Part shown: in pieces, positions 49,917 through 59,350 of the stretch
Layout: each line of letters opens with the position of its first letter
How positions within the stretch are numbered: position 1 is the first letter of the stretch
NCBI GenBank assembly: GCA_038801785.1
Contig: JAULTD010000003.1
Coordinates: forward strand, 15,169-79,168
DNA length: 64,000 nucleotides
Reading direction: 5' to 3'
From: Candidatus Methanomethylicaceae archaeon GD_Cm_T35_P0_bin.15
GTDB taxonomy: Archaea; Thermoproteota; Methanomethylicia; Methanomethylicales; Methanomethylicaceae
Made by a program: the position numbers and the translations under genes
The notes under the pieces: generated by a model
The model's input: the letters and a program-made list of their open reading frames with translations, nothing else
The model's database searches: none
Told to the model about the DNA's origin: nothing

Positions 49917-50906
49917 TTAGGAGGTATGGATCAAGTCCCCGCAGCAGATCCTTCGCCTGCCGCCCTCGGCGCCGGTTTCCAAGATCAGGAAGCCGTCTTC
50001 GTCTATATCGAGGGCCCGGCCGGTGAACTCACCCTCGGGTGACCTGACCCTCACACTCCTCCCTATGGTGCACGACATGGCCCTCCAGGAGTCGAGGACG
50101 CCCCGGAAGCCCTCGGACGCAGCTCGCAGGTAGAGCTCCTCGGAGGTTTTGAGTATCCGGCAGAGGAGGGCTGCCCTGTCGACGCGCCTCCCGAGGAGGT
50201 CTGCCAGCGAGGCCGCCACCTCGCCTACGCCCCCCGGCAGGTCCCGGACGGGGTTGTTGGCGTTCAGCCCTATGCCGACTATGACGTGGTTGACCCTGTC
50301 AGGCTCTGCCGAGGTCTCGAGCAGGATGCCGCAGATCTTCCTCTCGTTGACGAGGACATCGTTGGGCCACCTGAGGCAGGGCCTGACCCCGAGGCCCGAG
50401 ACGGCCTCGGCGACCGAGACGCCGAAGAGGAGCGTCAGCTTGTGGATCTCCCGCATGGAGATGGCCGGCCCCGGCCTGAGGAGGAGGCTGAACCAGAGGC
50501 CGCCGACCGGGGCAAACCAGCGGCGGTCAGACCTTCCCCTGCCCGAACTCTGCTCGAGCGCGATCACCAGAGTCCCCTCCGGCGAGCCTGACTCGGCCTC
50601 CTTCCTGACGCACTCCTGCGTCGAGGTTACAGACCGGAAGGTCAGCACCCTCCTCCCGAAGACGGCCTCGCCCCCGTCCGGCCTCTGTGCGTGGAGCCGG
50701 GCCCTCACCTCGAGGGGGAGAAGGCTGTCGAACCTCGGTACGAGGCGGTATCCTCTCCTGGGGATAGACTCGATCGAGTAGCCCGAGGCCCTCAGCCTGT
50801 TCACCTGTTTGAAGATGGCGGTCCTGGAGACCCCTGTCCTCTCGGCGATCTTCTCGCCCGAGACGACTGCGCCGCTAACGAGGAGGTCTTCGAGCGTGGT
50901 CGGCAA
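49917..50906 (-). CDS. birA: Bifunctional biotin--protein ligase with N-terminal HTH
   Basis: SGE.IA...GVSRTAI.K HTH, STQ, QSSGRGR..R.W, WPND, KICGIL.E, GIGLN. Confidence 0.94.
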   Translation of the reverse strand: MPTTLEDLLVSGAVVSGEKIAERTGVSRTAIFKQVNRLRASGYSIESIPRRGYRLVPRFDSLLPLEVRARLHAQRPDGGEAVFGRRVLTFRSVTSTQECVRKEAESGSPEGTLVIALEQSSGRGRSDRRWFAPVGGLWFSLLLRPGPAISMREIHKLTLLFGVSVAEAVSGLGVRPCLRWPNDVLVNERKICGILLETSAEPDRVNHVIVGIGLNANNPVRDLPGGVGEVAASLADLLGRRVDRAALLCRILKTSEELYLRAASEGFRGVLDSWRAMSCTIGRSVRVRSPEGEFTGRALDIDEDGFLILETGAEGGRRRICCGDLIHTS

Positions 50907-51009
50907 GAAGCATCACGTTATTGGAATAAAAGGAAGGGATCGAGATAGCGGGATGAGGGGCGCCCGCATATCCCGCGGCACCCGCCCTTCCCGCCAGCCG
51001 GGCAGCAGA

Positions 51010-52209
51010 TCAGATGACGCCCTCCTTAGCCAGCTCATCTATCTCGGACTGCGTATAGCCCAGCGCAGTGTAGACTTCCACATTGTGCTGGCCCAGCAGC
51101 GGAGCTGACTTGAAGGTCTTTATAGGGCTCTCTGAGAACTTGATGGGGCACCCGGCTATCTTGACCTTGCCGTACTGCGGCTGGTCGATCTCGACGATCA
51201 TCTCCCTCGCTTTCACGTGGACGTCCTCTATCGCTTCTGCCACGTTGTAGACTGGCCCGGACGGTACATCATACTTTACGAGGAGGTTTGCTACGTCCCA
51301 GCGGCTCTTATCCTTGGTGTACTCCTCGATCAGCGCTTTCAGCGCCGGCTCGTTCTCGCACCTCTTGGGGTTGGTAGCGAACCTTGGGTCTGCCAGCCAC
51401 TCGGGCTTTCCTATCGCCTCACAGAAGCGCTTGAATATGCCGTCGTTCCCGGCCGCGATCACGACGTACCCGTCCTTGGCCTTGAATATGTCGAACGGGG
51501 TTATCGTCGGGTGCTTGCTACCGATCCTTGTCGGGATCTTGCCGCCCACGGTGTAGCGTGCTATGGCATTCTCCAGGACGGCGAGCATCGAGTCGACCTG
51601 TGCGACGTCAACCGACTGGCCCTTGCCAGTGATATCGCGGTACCTCAGGGCGGCCAGTATGCCTATCGCCAGAAACATGCCCGAGACAATATCACCGATG
51701 GAAGATCCTGCCCTTGCAGGCGGCTTGTCCGGCCATCCGTTCATGTCCATGAAGCCGCCCATGGCTTGACCTATGATGTCGTAACTGGGCCACCTGCTGT
51801 ACGGCCCATACTGGCCGAAGCCTGAGCCCGAGGCGAAGATCAGCCGCGGGTTCACCTTCTTGAGTTCGCTGTAGCCCAGCCCCCACTCCTCGAGCGTTCC
51901 GGGCTTGAAGTTCTCTATCAGTACGTCGCTCTTCTCGACGAGCTTCTTGAGAATCTCCTTGCCCTTAGGGCTCTTCAGGTTGAGGGTAATACCCTTGTTG
52001 TTCCGGTGGATACTCACAAAATATGCGCTCTTCTCTGGGCCCTGGACCCCGGGGAAGAAAGGCCCCCACTCACGGTTCATGTCGCCGTACTTCGGCCTCT
52101 CCACCTTGATTACCTCAGCACCCAGGTCTGCCAGAAGCATTGCGGCATATGGTCCGAACAGAGCTCCGGTCAAGCTCAATACGCGTATGCCTTCAAGAGG
52201 TCTCTCCAA
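51010..52209 (-). CDS. Family III CoA-transferase (CaiB/BaiF/Frc)
   Basis: PLEGIRVL, LADLGAEVIKVE, DVLIENF.PG, SGFGQ.GP, catalytic GD, APLLGQH; TTG start with GGAGG. Confidence 0.94.
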   Translation of the reverse strand: MERPLEGIRVLSLTGALFGPYAAMLLADLGAEVIKVERPKYGDMNREWGPFFPGVQGPEKSAYFVSIHRNNKGITLNLKSPKGKEILKKLVEKSDVLIENFKPGTLEEWGLGYSELKKVNPRLIFASGSGFGQYGPYSRWPSYDIIGQAMGGFMDMNGWPDKPPARAGSSIGDIVSGMFLAIGILAALRYRDITGKGQSVDVAQVDSMLAVLENAIARYTVGGKIPTRIGSKHPTITPFDIFKAKDGYVVIAAGNDGIFKRFCEAIGKPEWLADPRFATNPKRCENEPALKALIEEYTKDKSRWDVANLLVKYDVPSGPVYNVAEAIEDVHVKAREMIVEIDQPQYGKVKIAGCPIKFSESPIKTFKSAPLLGQHNVEVYTALGYTQSEIDELAKEGVI

Positions 52210-52421
52210 GATGCAATCCTCCTTTGCTATGCGGGAGGGACGAACCTCATAATAACTATTGCGGCGGAGGGGCAAAAGGTGTAAGAAAAAAGGGGGAGCC
52301 TGAAAAAGTGGTAGAAAAAAGACGCGAAAATAGGATAGAAGAGAACGGAAGAGATCAGAAGAGGAGAGAATAAAAGAGAAGAACGGAATGGGGAAAAAAT
52401 AAAGAAAATAAGATGGGGGGT

Positions 52422-53993
52422 TTAAGCCGGGATGTTCCCGTGCCTCTTCGGAGCCCTTGGCTGGGTCTCGCTCTTGCGAGAGAGAGCCTCCAGGGCCTTC
52501 ACGAGCATCGGCCGCGTCTCCTTCGGCAGGAAGACTGCGTCGACGTATCCCCTCATCGATGCGACGTACGGGTTGGCGAATTTGTTGCGGTAGTCGGCGA
52601 CGAGCTTGTTGGATATCTCCTTGACCTCTTCGGGGGTCTTTGCCTTCATCAGCTCGTTCTTGTGGATAATCTCGACCGCGCCCTCGGGCCCCATGACGGC
52701 GATCTCTGCCGTCGGCCAGGCGAAGACGAGGTCGGCCCTCAGGTGCCTGCTGCACATGGCGATGTAGCCTCCCCCGTAGGACTTGCGCATTATGATAGAG
52801 ATCTTTGGGACGGTTGCTTCAGAGTATGCATAGATGACCTTGGCGCCGTGCCTGATTACGCCGCCGTGCTCCTGCTTCGTGCCGGGCAGGTAGCCGGGGA
52901 CGTCCACGAAGGTTATCAGCGGGATGTTGAACGCATCGCATGTCCTGACGAACCTGGCGATCTTGTCGGAGGAGTCGATGTCGAGGCAGCCGGCGTATAC
53001 CATGGGCTGGTTGGCGATGACTCCTACCGAGCGGCCGCTGAGCCTCGCAAAGCCTACGACTGCGTTGGGTGCGAACTGCGCCTGGACCTCGTAGAACGAG
53101 CCCTTGTCGAAGACGTGGTTGATGACGTCGTGGACGTCGTAAGGCTTCTTCGGATCGGCAGGTACAACCTCGTTGAGCTCCTCGTCCATCCTGTCCGGCG
53201 GGTCTGCGCACTCTAGGATCGGCGCGTCGTCGATGTTGTTGGACGGCAGGTAGCCCAGCAGGTTCCTGATCTGCTTCAGGCACTCCTCGTCGTTATCGAC
53301 CGCGAAGTGAGCTACCCCGCTGAGCTTGGCGTGCGCGTCAGCGCCGCCGAGCGCCTCGAAGGTCACATCCTCGCCGATCGCTGCCTTGACGACTTTCGGG
53401 CCGGTGATGAACATGTAGCTCGTCTTCCGGACCATGAAGATGAAGTCTGCGAGCGCGGGCGAGTAAACGGCCCCTCCTGCGCAGGGGCCCATTATGGCGA
53501 TTATCTGCGGGATGACCCCCGACGCCATGACGTTCCTGTAAAAGATCTCGCCGTACCCTGCCAGAGAGTCTATTCCCTCCTGGATCCTGGCTCCACCGGA
53601 GTCGTTCAGTCCTATGCAGGGCGCGCCAGCCTTCATTGCCATGTCCTGGATCTTGGTGATCTTGCTGGCGTGCATGTTGCTCAGCGACCCTCCGACGAAG
53701 GTAAAGTCCTGGGAGTAGACGAAGACTGTTCTGCCGTTTATCGTGCCGTACCCCGTGACGACGGCGTCGCCGAGGACGCGCTTGGTGTCCATCCCGAAGT
53801 CATAGCAGCGGTGGACGACGAACTGGTCGACCTCTACGAAGCTGCCGGGGTCGAGGAGCTTCTCGATCCTCTCCCTTGCGGTCAACTTCCCTCCCTTGTG
53901 CTGCTTCTCTATGGCCTCAGTACCGCCTCCGAGCTTCGCCTTCTCCTTGAGATCGGTCAGTTCCTTGAATTTATCGGTCAATGATATGCTCAT
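52422..53993 (-). CDS. Acyl-CoA carboxylase carboxyltransferase subunit (PccB/MmdA-like)
   Basis: [54 protein letters not shown]. Confidence 0.96.
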   Translation of the reverse strand: MSISLTDKFKELTDLKEKAKLGGGTEAIEKQHKGGKLTARERIEKLLDPGSFVEVDQFVVHRCYDFGMDTKRVLGDAVVTGYGTINGRTVFVYSQDFTFVGGSLSNMHASKITKIQDMAMKAGAPCIGLNDSGGARIQEGIDSLAGYGEIFYRNVMASGVIPQIIAIMGPCAGGAVYSPALADFIFMVRKTSYMFITGPKVVKAAIGEDVTFEALGGADAHAKLSGVAHFAVDNDEECLKQIRNLLGYLPSNNIDDAPILECADPPDRMDEELNEVVPADPKKPYDVHDVINHVFDKGSFYEVQAQFAPNAVVGFARLSGRSVGVIANQPMVYAGCLDIDSSDKIARFVRTCDAFNIPLITFVDVPGYLPGTKQEHGGVIRHGAKVIYAYSEATVPKISIIMRKSYGGGYIAMCSRHLRADLVFAWPTAEIAVMGPEGAVEIIHKNELMKAKTPEEVKEISNKLVADYRNKFANPYVASMRGYVDAVFLPKETRPMLVKALEALSRKSETQPRAPKRHGNIPA

Positions 53994-54008
53994 CCATAAC
54001 ACCTCGTC

Positions 54009-54425
54009 TCACTCTATCACCATGAGGGGGTCGCCGACGTTGACGAACTTGCCGGGCTGGACCCTGATCTCTTTTACCTTTCCTGCCTTGTTGCACTTTA
54101 TTGGGTTCTCCATCTTCATTGTCTCGAGCGTCATTACGACATCGCCAGCCTTGACGGCATCGCCCACCTTCACCTTGACGGTCATGACGGTGCCCGGCAT
54201 CGCCGCGTTGATCGCCCCCGAGCAGGCCGCGCCGCCGCCAGCGCCTCCCGCGCCGGCACCTGCCCCCGGAGCTACCTGAAGGGCGGGCGAGAGGAGATCC
54301 GCGATGCTTATCTTGAAGTTCTCGTCGTTCACCTTGACGTCGTAGAGGCCGTAGGCATTCTCAGTCATGTCCACGCTGTACTGGACGTTCCCAAGGCTCA
54401 GTTTGAATTTGTTGGTCCTTGTCAT
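54009..54425 (-). CDS. Biotin carboxyl carrier protein
   Basis: A.MPG.V, ETMKMEN biotinyl-lysine motif, GDPL. Confidence 0.95.
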   Translation of the reverse strand: MTRTNKFKLSLGNVQYSVDMTENAYGLYDVKVNDENFKISIADLLSPALQVAPGAGAGAGGAGGGAACSGAINAAMPGTVMTVKVKVGDAVKAGDVVMTLETMKMENPIKCNKAGKVKEIRVQPGKFVNVGDPLMVIE

Positions 54426-54436
54426 CTCTTCGCACC

Positions 54437-56032
54437 TTACCTAGCTGATCTTGTCCTACCTGAGACGACCCAGCCGCTTCCCACCGGCTGCTGCTGCGGC
54501 TTGCTGTTTATGTAAGCGGATATGGCCGCTGCGATGGCTACGGTCTTCTTGTCCGTGACAGGCGACCCAGCCTGGGCGGCAGAGGTCTCTGCCTTGGGCT
54601 GGATCCTGCTCAGGACGTTCGCCTTGCTCTTCTTCAGCTTTTCATCCGCCTCGTACTGGGCCTTCACCTTCTCGATGATGCCCCGGTCGTTGATGAACTC
54701 GGTCGAGAGGTTGCCGTTGACGAACTCCTCGTCGTTCATGACCACCTTGTGGAAGGGGATGACGGTCTGGATCCCCTCGATCACGAACTCGTCGAGCGCC
54801 CTCTTCATCCGGCCGGTGCACTCCACGCGATCCCTTCCCCAAGTGAGGAGCTTGACCGCGAGAGAGTCGTAGAACGGGGGTATGCTGTAGCCGGCATATA
54901 TGCCGCTGTCCACCCTGACGCCCGGTCCGCCTGGTTCGATATAGTTCGTTATCAGGCCGATGGACGGGACGAAGTTGTTGAGCGGGTCCTCGGCATTTAT
55001 GCGGCACTCTATGGCGTGGCCGTTTATCTTGACGTCCTCCTGCTTGTACGAGAGCGGCTCGCCCGAGGAGACCTTGTACTGCTCCTTGACGATGTCTATC
55101 CCGGTCACGAGCTCTGTGACAGGGTGCTCGACCTGGAGCCTGCTGTTCACCTCGAGGAAGTAGAACGCCTTCTCCTTGTCGGAGTACAGGAATTCGACCG
55201 TCCCGGCGTTGACATAGCCGGCGACCTTGGCGACCTTGACCGCGGTCTCCCCCATCCTCCTCCTGAGGTCCGGGTCCCGATACATGACGGGGGACGGCGC
55301 CTCCTCGATGAGCTTCTGGTGCCTCCTCTGGATCGAGCACTCCCTCTCGCCCAAGTAGATTACGTTACCCTTCTTGTCGGCGAGGATCTGGATCTCGATG
55401 TGCCTGGGCCTCTCGACATACTTCTCGATGTAGACCTCTGCCCTCGAGAAGGCCGACGCGGCGAGCCTCTGTGCCTTCTTGATGGCGTCCAGGAGCTCAT
55501 CCTTCGAGTTGCAGACCTGCATACCGATGCCGCCGCCGCCGCCCGCGGGCTTTACCATTACAGGGTATCCCGCTTCCTCGGCAACCGCCAGCGCGTCCTT
55601 ATCGTCCTGTACGGCGTCGAGCGCGCCCGGCACGATGGGTATGCCTGCCTTCTTCATGGTCCTCCGGGCACCGAGCTTGTCCCCCAGCAGTTCCTGGGCG
55701 GTGGCCGGGGGGCCTATGAACTCGATACCTGCCTCATCGCACATCCTAACGAATTTTGCGTTCTGGGCAAGGAAGCCGTACCCAGGGTGTATCCCTTCGG
55801 CACCGGTCTTCTTTGCTACCTCGATTATTTTGTCCATCTTGAGATAGCTTTGAGCTGCGGGCCCTGGACCGATAAGGTGAGCCTCATCGGCATAGTAGAC
55901 GAACTTTGCGTTCGCATCAGCCTCGGAGTAGACGGCAACTGTCTTTATGCCCATCTCCTTGCAAGCCCGGATGGCTCTCAGGGCTATCTCCCCTCTGTTG
56001 GCGACAAGTATTTTCTTGAGCACGTTTCTCAC
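54437..56032 (-). CDS. accC: Biotin carboxylase subunit of acyl-CoA carboxylase
   Basis: ANRGEIA, HPGYGFL, GGGG.GM, RECSIQRRHQK, EVNSRLQVEHPVTE, RINAED, GVRVDSG. Confidence 0.95.
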   Translation of the reverse strand: MRNVLKKILVANRGEIALRAIRACKEMGIKTVAVYSEADANAKFVYYADEAHLIGPGPAAQSYLKMDKIIEVAKKTGAEGIHPGYGFLAQNAKFVRMCDEAGIEFIGPPATAQELLGDKLGARRTMKKAGIPIVPGALDAVQDDKDALAVAEEAGYPVMVKPAGGGGGIGMQVCNSKDELLDAIKKAQRLAASAFSRAEVYIEKYVERPRHIEIQILADKKGNVIYLGERECSIQRRHQKLIEEAPSPVMYRDPDLRRRMGETAVKVAKVAGYVNAGTVEFLYSDKEKAFYFLEVNSRLQVEHPVTELVTGIDIVKEQYKVSSGEPLSYKQEDVKINGHAIECRINAEDPLNNFVPSIGLITNYIEPGGPGVRVDSGIYAGYSIPPFYDSLAVKLLTWGRDRVECTGRMKRALDEFVIEGIQTVIPFHKVVMNDEEFVNGNLSTEFINDRGIIEKVKAQYEADEKLKKSKANVLSRIQPKAETSAAQAGSPVTDKKTVAIAAAISAYINSKPQQQPVGSGWVVSGRTRSAR

Positions 56033-56204
56033 CCTGATGTGTGCGGTAATGCGATAGCCACTTATATATTTTAGTCATTCACCGATTGCGAAAGTTCCGC
56101 GCAGCTGGACGACGGGGCAGGCCGTCTCCTCGGACTCCCCCATCATGACCGGGCGGCGTCAGGCATGCCGGTGCAGGACCGCCGGGTAACGGGGCAGGAA
56201 AACA

Positions 56205-56270
56205 GGCGTCAGTTCGCCCATCAAATCTCTCACAGCCTTGGCTCAAGAGACCATCGTCACTTCATCCGCC
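56205..56270 (-). ncRNA. Box C/D guide sRNA, both guides complementary to the 23S rRNA peptidyl-transferase region
   Basis: GGCG/CGCC terminal stem; C-like ATGAAGT; guide ACGATGGTCTC + D' TTGA; GCC-AA-GGC spacer; C'-like GTGAGAG; guide TTTGATGGGCGAA + D box CTGA; TTTTTAAG TATA about 21 nt upstream. Confidence 0.7.
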
Positions 56271-56378
56271 GATCAATAGTCAAATAGGAGACTTAAAAAC
56301 CCATTGAGTGACCGATCGGCGGTAGCAAAGGCAGCAACGGCGGCAGGCCGAAACCTTCTGCTGCATGATTGCACAGAC

Positions 56379-57053
56379 TCAGAGGCCGAGCGCGTCCACC
56401 AGGTCCCGGAGGCCCTCGCCGGTCCTGGTGCTCGTCACTACCACCTTGGCGTCGGGGTTGGCCTCGTGGGCGTCCCTGACCAGCTTGTCCACGTCCACGC
56501 CCATGGGGCCAGCCATGTCCTTCTTGTTTATCACGGCCACCTGCGCCGCCCTGAAGATGTCCTGCTTCTTCACGATCATGTACTCCCCCTCTGTGACGCT
56601 GACGACGACGATCCTCTTGTGGGAGCCGAGGGGGAACTCGGCCGGGCAGATGAGGTTCCCCACGTTCTCTATGAGGATGAGGTTCACCTTCTCCCGCATG
56701 AGCTTCTTTGATGCTTTCCTGATGAGGGGTGCGTCTAGGTGGCACTCCCTCCCGGTATTTACCTGTATGGAGGGGACGCCGTGGCGGCTCACCCTCTCGG
56801 CGTCGATCGCAGTCGCGGTATCGCCCGCGATGACGCCGACCCTGTACCTCGCCTTCAGGATCTCGACGAGTCCCTCTATGATGGAGGTCTTGCCGGAGCC
56901 GATCGAGCCCATGATGTCGATTACCTTTATCCCGTAGCGATCGAATATCTTCCTGTTAAGCTCGGCGACGCGCTCGTTCGCCTTTATAAAGTCTTCCTCG
57001 AGCTCGATGTCGAGGACCTCGTCCTCGTCGGCCTTCAGTACCTGGGGCTTCAA
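56379..57053 (-). CDS. hypB: Hydrogenase nickel-incorporation GTPase HypB (start uncertain)
   Basis: GSIGSGKT, DAERV, NTG.ECHLDA, ENVGNLICPA.F.LG, SVTEG, INK.D. Confidence 0.93.
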   Translation of the reverse strand: MKPQVLKADEDEVLDIELEEDFIKANERVAELNRKIFDRYGIKVIDIMGSIGSGKTSIIEGLVEILKARYRVGVIAGDTATAIDAERVSRHGVPSIQVNTGRECHLDAPLIRKASKKLMREKVNLILIENVGNLICPAEFPLGSHKRIVVVSVTEGEYMIVKKQDIFRAAQVAVINKKDMAGPMGVDVDKLVRDAHEANPDAKVVVTSTRTGEGLRDLVDALGL

Positions 57054-57125
57054 GGTTTGCACCACTAGAAATTCGGCAGACATCTTTATAACGACTGTGC
57101 CAGATTTCACTACGAGGACAACCTT

Positions 57126-57287
57126 ATGAGTTCCGGCAGGAGCGGGATTCTGGTCTGCCCAGGCTGCGGGAGCAGGTTCAGCCTGACGTACTCGCGGGCG
57201 TTCGCCTGCTCGGGCTGCCGGCAGGCGACCTTCGGCAGCTGCGGTCTGGCAAAGTGCCCGAGGTGCGGGAAAGAGTTCAGGCCCTAG
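57126..57287 (+). CDS. 53-aa Cys-rich (CPxCG...CxxC...C...CPxCG) microprotein, absent from the ORF track
   Basis: Manual translation MSSGRSGILVCPGCGSRFSLTYSRAFACSGCRQATFGSCGLAKCPRCGKEFRP; TTTATAA about 35 nt upstream. Confidence 0.8.
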   Translation: MSSGRSGILVCPGCGSRFSLTYSRAFACSGCRQATFGSCGLAKCPRCGKEFRP

Positions 57288-57407
57288 GCCGCTGACGGGC
57301 CGGCGCCGGAACCAGCGTATGCGAACGCGGGTTTACAAGGGCGCGGGGCAGGCAGACCGCGCACGCCTTTCGCGGGTCCAGCCCGGCCCCCGTTGATCGC
57401 TGCGCCC

Positions 57408-57677
57408 TCAGGCGCCAGCAGGACCGGCCCCCGGACCCGAACGGCCGCCGATCCGGAGGAGGATGAAGCCGATTGCTGTCAGGATCACCATCAAGATGAG
57501 CAGCAGGGCCATGAGGGACGGGTCTCCGAATCCCACAAAGACGGGGATCGGGCCGATGAAGATGACTATGCCGCCGGATGCGGAGGGCGGACCGCTGGCG
57601 ATCCCTGTTACGAGGAGCACTATGCCGGAGAGGATCAGTGCCAGCGCCGCCTTTTCCGTTGTGCGCAACCAGGTCAC
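57408..57677 (-). CDS. DUF131-family small membrane protein
   Basis: GGIVIFIGPIPVFVG motif between TM helices. Confidence 0.8.
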   Translation of the reverse strand: MTWLRTTEKAALALILSGIVLLVTGIASGPPSASGGIVIFIGPIPVFVGFGDPSLMALLLILMVILTAIGFILLRIGGRSGPGAGPAGA

Positions 57678-57907
57678 CCCGCGAATGCGAACAGCAGGAT
57701 GATGAAGAGGGCGGTCCCGACTATTATCAGCGTCCGGACGATCTTCTTGCTCGTGCCGAAGACGATCGGGATCGGGCCTATCATGATTATGCCTCCCCCT
57801 TCCACCTCCGACGGCCTGCGCCCGAGTATGAGAAGCATCATGCCTGCAATTATAAGAGAGGCACCCAGAAGCACGAGGGCAGGGGTCAGCGACGGGATCA
57901 GGGGCAT
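57674..57907 (-). CDS. DUF131-family small membrane protein
   Basis: GGGIIMIGPIPIVFGT motif. Confidence 0.85.
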   Translation of the reverse strand: MPLIPSLTPALVLLGASLIIAGMMLLILGRRPSEVEGGGIIMIGPIPIVFGTSKKIVRTLIIVGTALFIILLFAFAG

Positions 57908-57945
57908 GTGTTTAGATAGACCCGCGGGATTTAAAAATCCGGCGA

Positions 57946-58398
57946 TTAGAGCCTGGTCCCGACGTTCTCCTTGATCTCCTTGAGGACGATGGCGGTCTCC
58001 GTGCTCGAGACGCCCTCAACAGCACCGATCGAGTCGATCACCTTGGCGAGGGACTCTTTATCGCTCACGTCCACCCGCAGGATGAGGTAGAACGGCCCGG
58101 TGACGTCGTACGCCTCGGTTATCTCGTCCAGTTCCCTCACTACGCTGAGCACGTCAGCGTACTTCCTGGGGTCTGCTTTCACGAGTATGAAGGCCGAGAG
58201 GTTCTTCCCGATCTTGGCGGGGGCGACCACTGCCCTGAAGGCCTTAATGATGCCCAGCTGCTGGAGGCGCTTAACCCTCAGGAAGACCGTTGCCTCGCTG
58301 ACTCCTGCCTCCTTGGCGATCTTTGAGAATGGCATCCGTGCGTTCTGCTGCAGGTTGTTAACGATAATTCTGTCGAGATCGTCGATTTCCGCCGACAT
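57946..58398 (-). CDS. Lrp/AsnC family transcriptional regulator
   Basis: DDLDR.I...LQ.NAR..FSKIA...GVSEATV..RV.RL HTH; VTG.F RAM domain. Confidence 0.95.
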   Translation of the reverse strand: MSAEIDDLDRIIVNNLQQNARMPFSKIAKEAGVSEATVFLRVKRLQQLGIIKAFRAVVAPAKIGKNLSAFILVKADPRKYADVLSVVRELDEITEAYDVTGPFYLILRVDVSDKESLAKVIDSIGAVEGVSSTETAIVLKEIKENVGTRL

Positions 58399-58502
58399 CA
58401 GTATTTCCTCTAATTTTTCCTTATGGTGTATATTAAAGTAATTAAGGTTTTCTGTATAGGTTATCGTAAAATCTAATTAAAGCTAAACGAAATGGCGGGC
58501 AG

Positions 58503-59264
58503 CTATCGGTATTCGAACCTCAGGGCGTGCATTATCAGGCACTGCTCGGCGGGGATCAGCGCCTCCTCGATAGTGTGGCCCTCACCGAAAGTGACGGGCG
58601 CGCCCCTAACGATGGCGATTGGCACAGACTCAGAGGTCTCGCCCATCACCAGCCGCGCGGCAGATGCCAGGTCGTCGGCCACGGCCGAGCGCTTCACCTT
58701 CATCGGCCGACCGTAGAGGTCAGGCCTGCCCCGCAGGTCCTCGACCGGGGCGAAGCCCGAGACGCCTATGGCCACGGCGCTGCTCCCCATCCTCAGCGGA
58801 AGCGTCCGGCTGTCTGTCACCAGGACGGCGGCATCGATACCCCTCCCCCTGAAGGCCTCCCGGAGGGCCTCGGCGGACTTTTGGGGGTCCCTCGGCCAGA
58901 GGGCGGCGTACCCGACCGGCGCGTTAGAGTTGTCGGCGCCCCCGTTGGCGATCAAGATCCCCCTCTTGAGGGTGAGGAGGGCGTGCCTTACCCCGCCGAG
59001 GATCGCGTCGGACTCCCGGACGACGACCTCCGCAAATGCGGGCTCGAGGTCGAATTTCCCGGCGAGAAGGACCGCCTTCTCCGACGGCTTGACCTCAGAG
59101 AGCCGGACCAGGCGCCCCTCCGATGCCCCTATCGCCTTTGCCGAGAAGACCACTATATCCCCGCCCCTGAGGGGGGTCCCTGCCAGGTTGGAGCGGTCGA
59201 TCGCGAGGGAGACGAGGTCGTCCCCGGGCTTGACAGTTGGAACTTTCACGCCGTAGACCTGCAA
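58503..59264 (-). CDS. cofE: Coenzyme F420-0:gamma-glutamyl ligase (CofE family)
   Basis: P.VKPGDDL, EGR.V.L, ANGGAD.SN, P.DP..SA, TDSR..P.R.G, DL.GR, AD.LASAA..VMGE..E..P. Confidence 0.85.
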   Translation of the reverse strand: MQVYGVKVPTVKPGDDLVSLAIDRSNLAGTPLRGGDIVVFSAKAIGASEGRLVRLSEVKPSEKAVLLAGKFDLEPAFAEVVVRESDAILGGVRHALLTLKRGILIANGGADNSNAPVGYAALWPRDPQKSAEALREAFRGRGIDAAVLVTDSRTLPLRMGSSAVAIGVSGFAPVEDLRGRPDLYGRPMKVKRSAVADDLASAARLVMGETSESVPIAIVRGAPVTFGEGHTIEEALIPAEQCLIMHALRFEYR

Positions 59265-59310
59265 GCGGCAGACCCCACAAGCAGTCCATGCGGCCGGCAT
59301 CTATAAAACC

Positions 59311-59345
59311 TTTTATAATAAGCCCCACCATCCTTCCAGCGGTGA
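59311..59345 (+). promoter_or_regulatory. TATA box and Shine-Dalgarno of purA
   Basis: TTTTATAA at 59311-59318; GGTGA at 59341-59345, 5 nt before ATG 59351. Confidence 0.6.
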
Positions 59346-59350
59346 GATTG

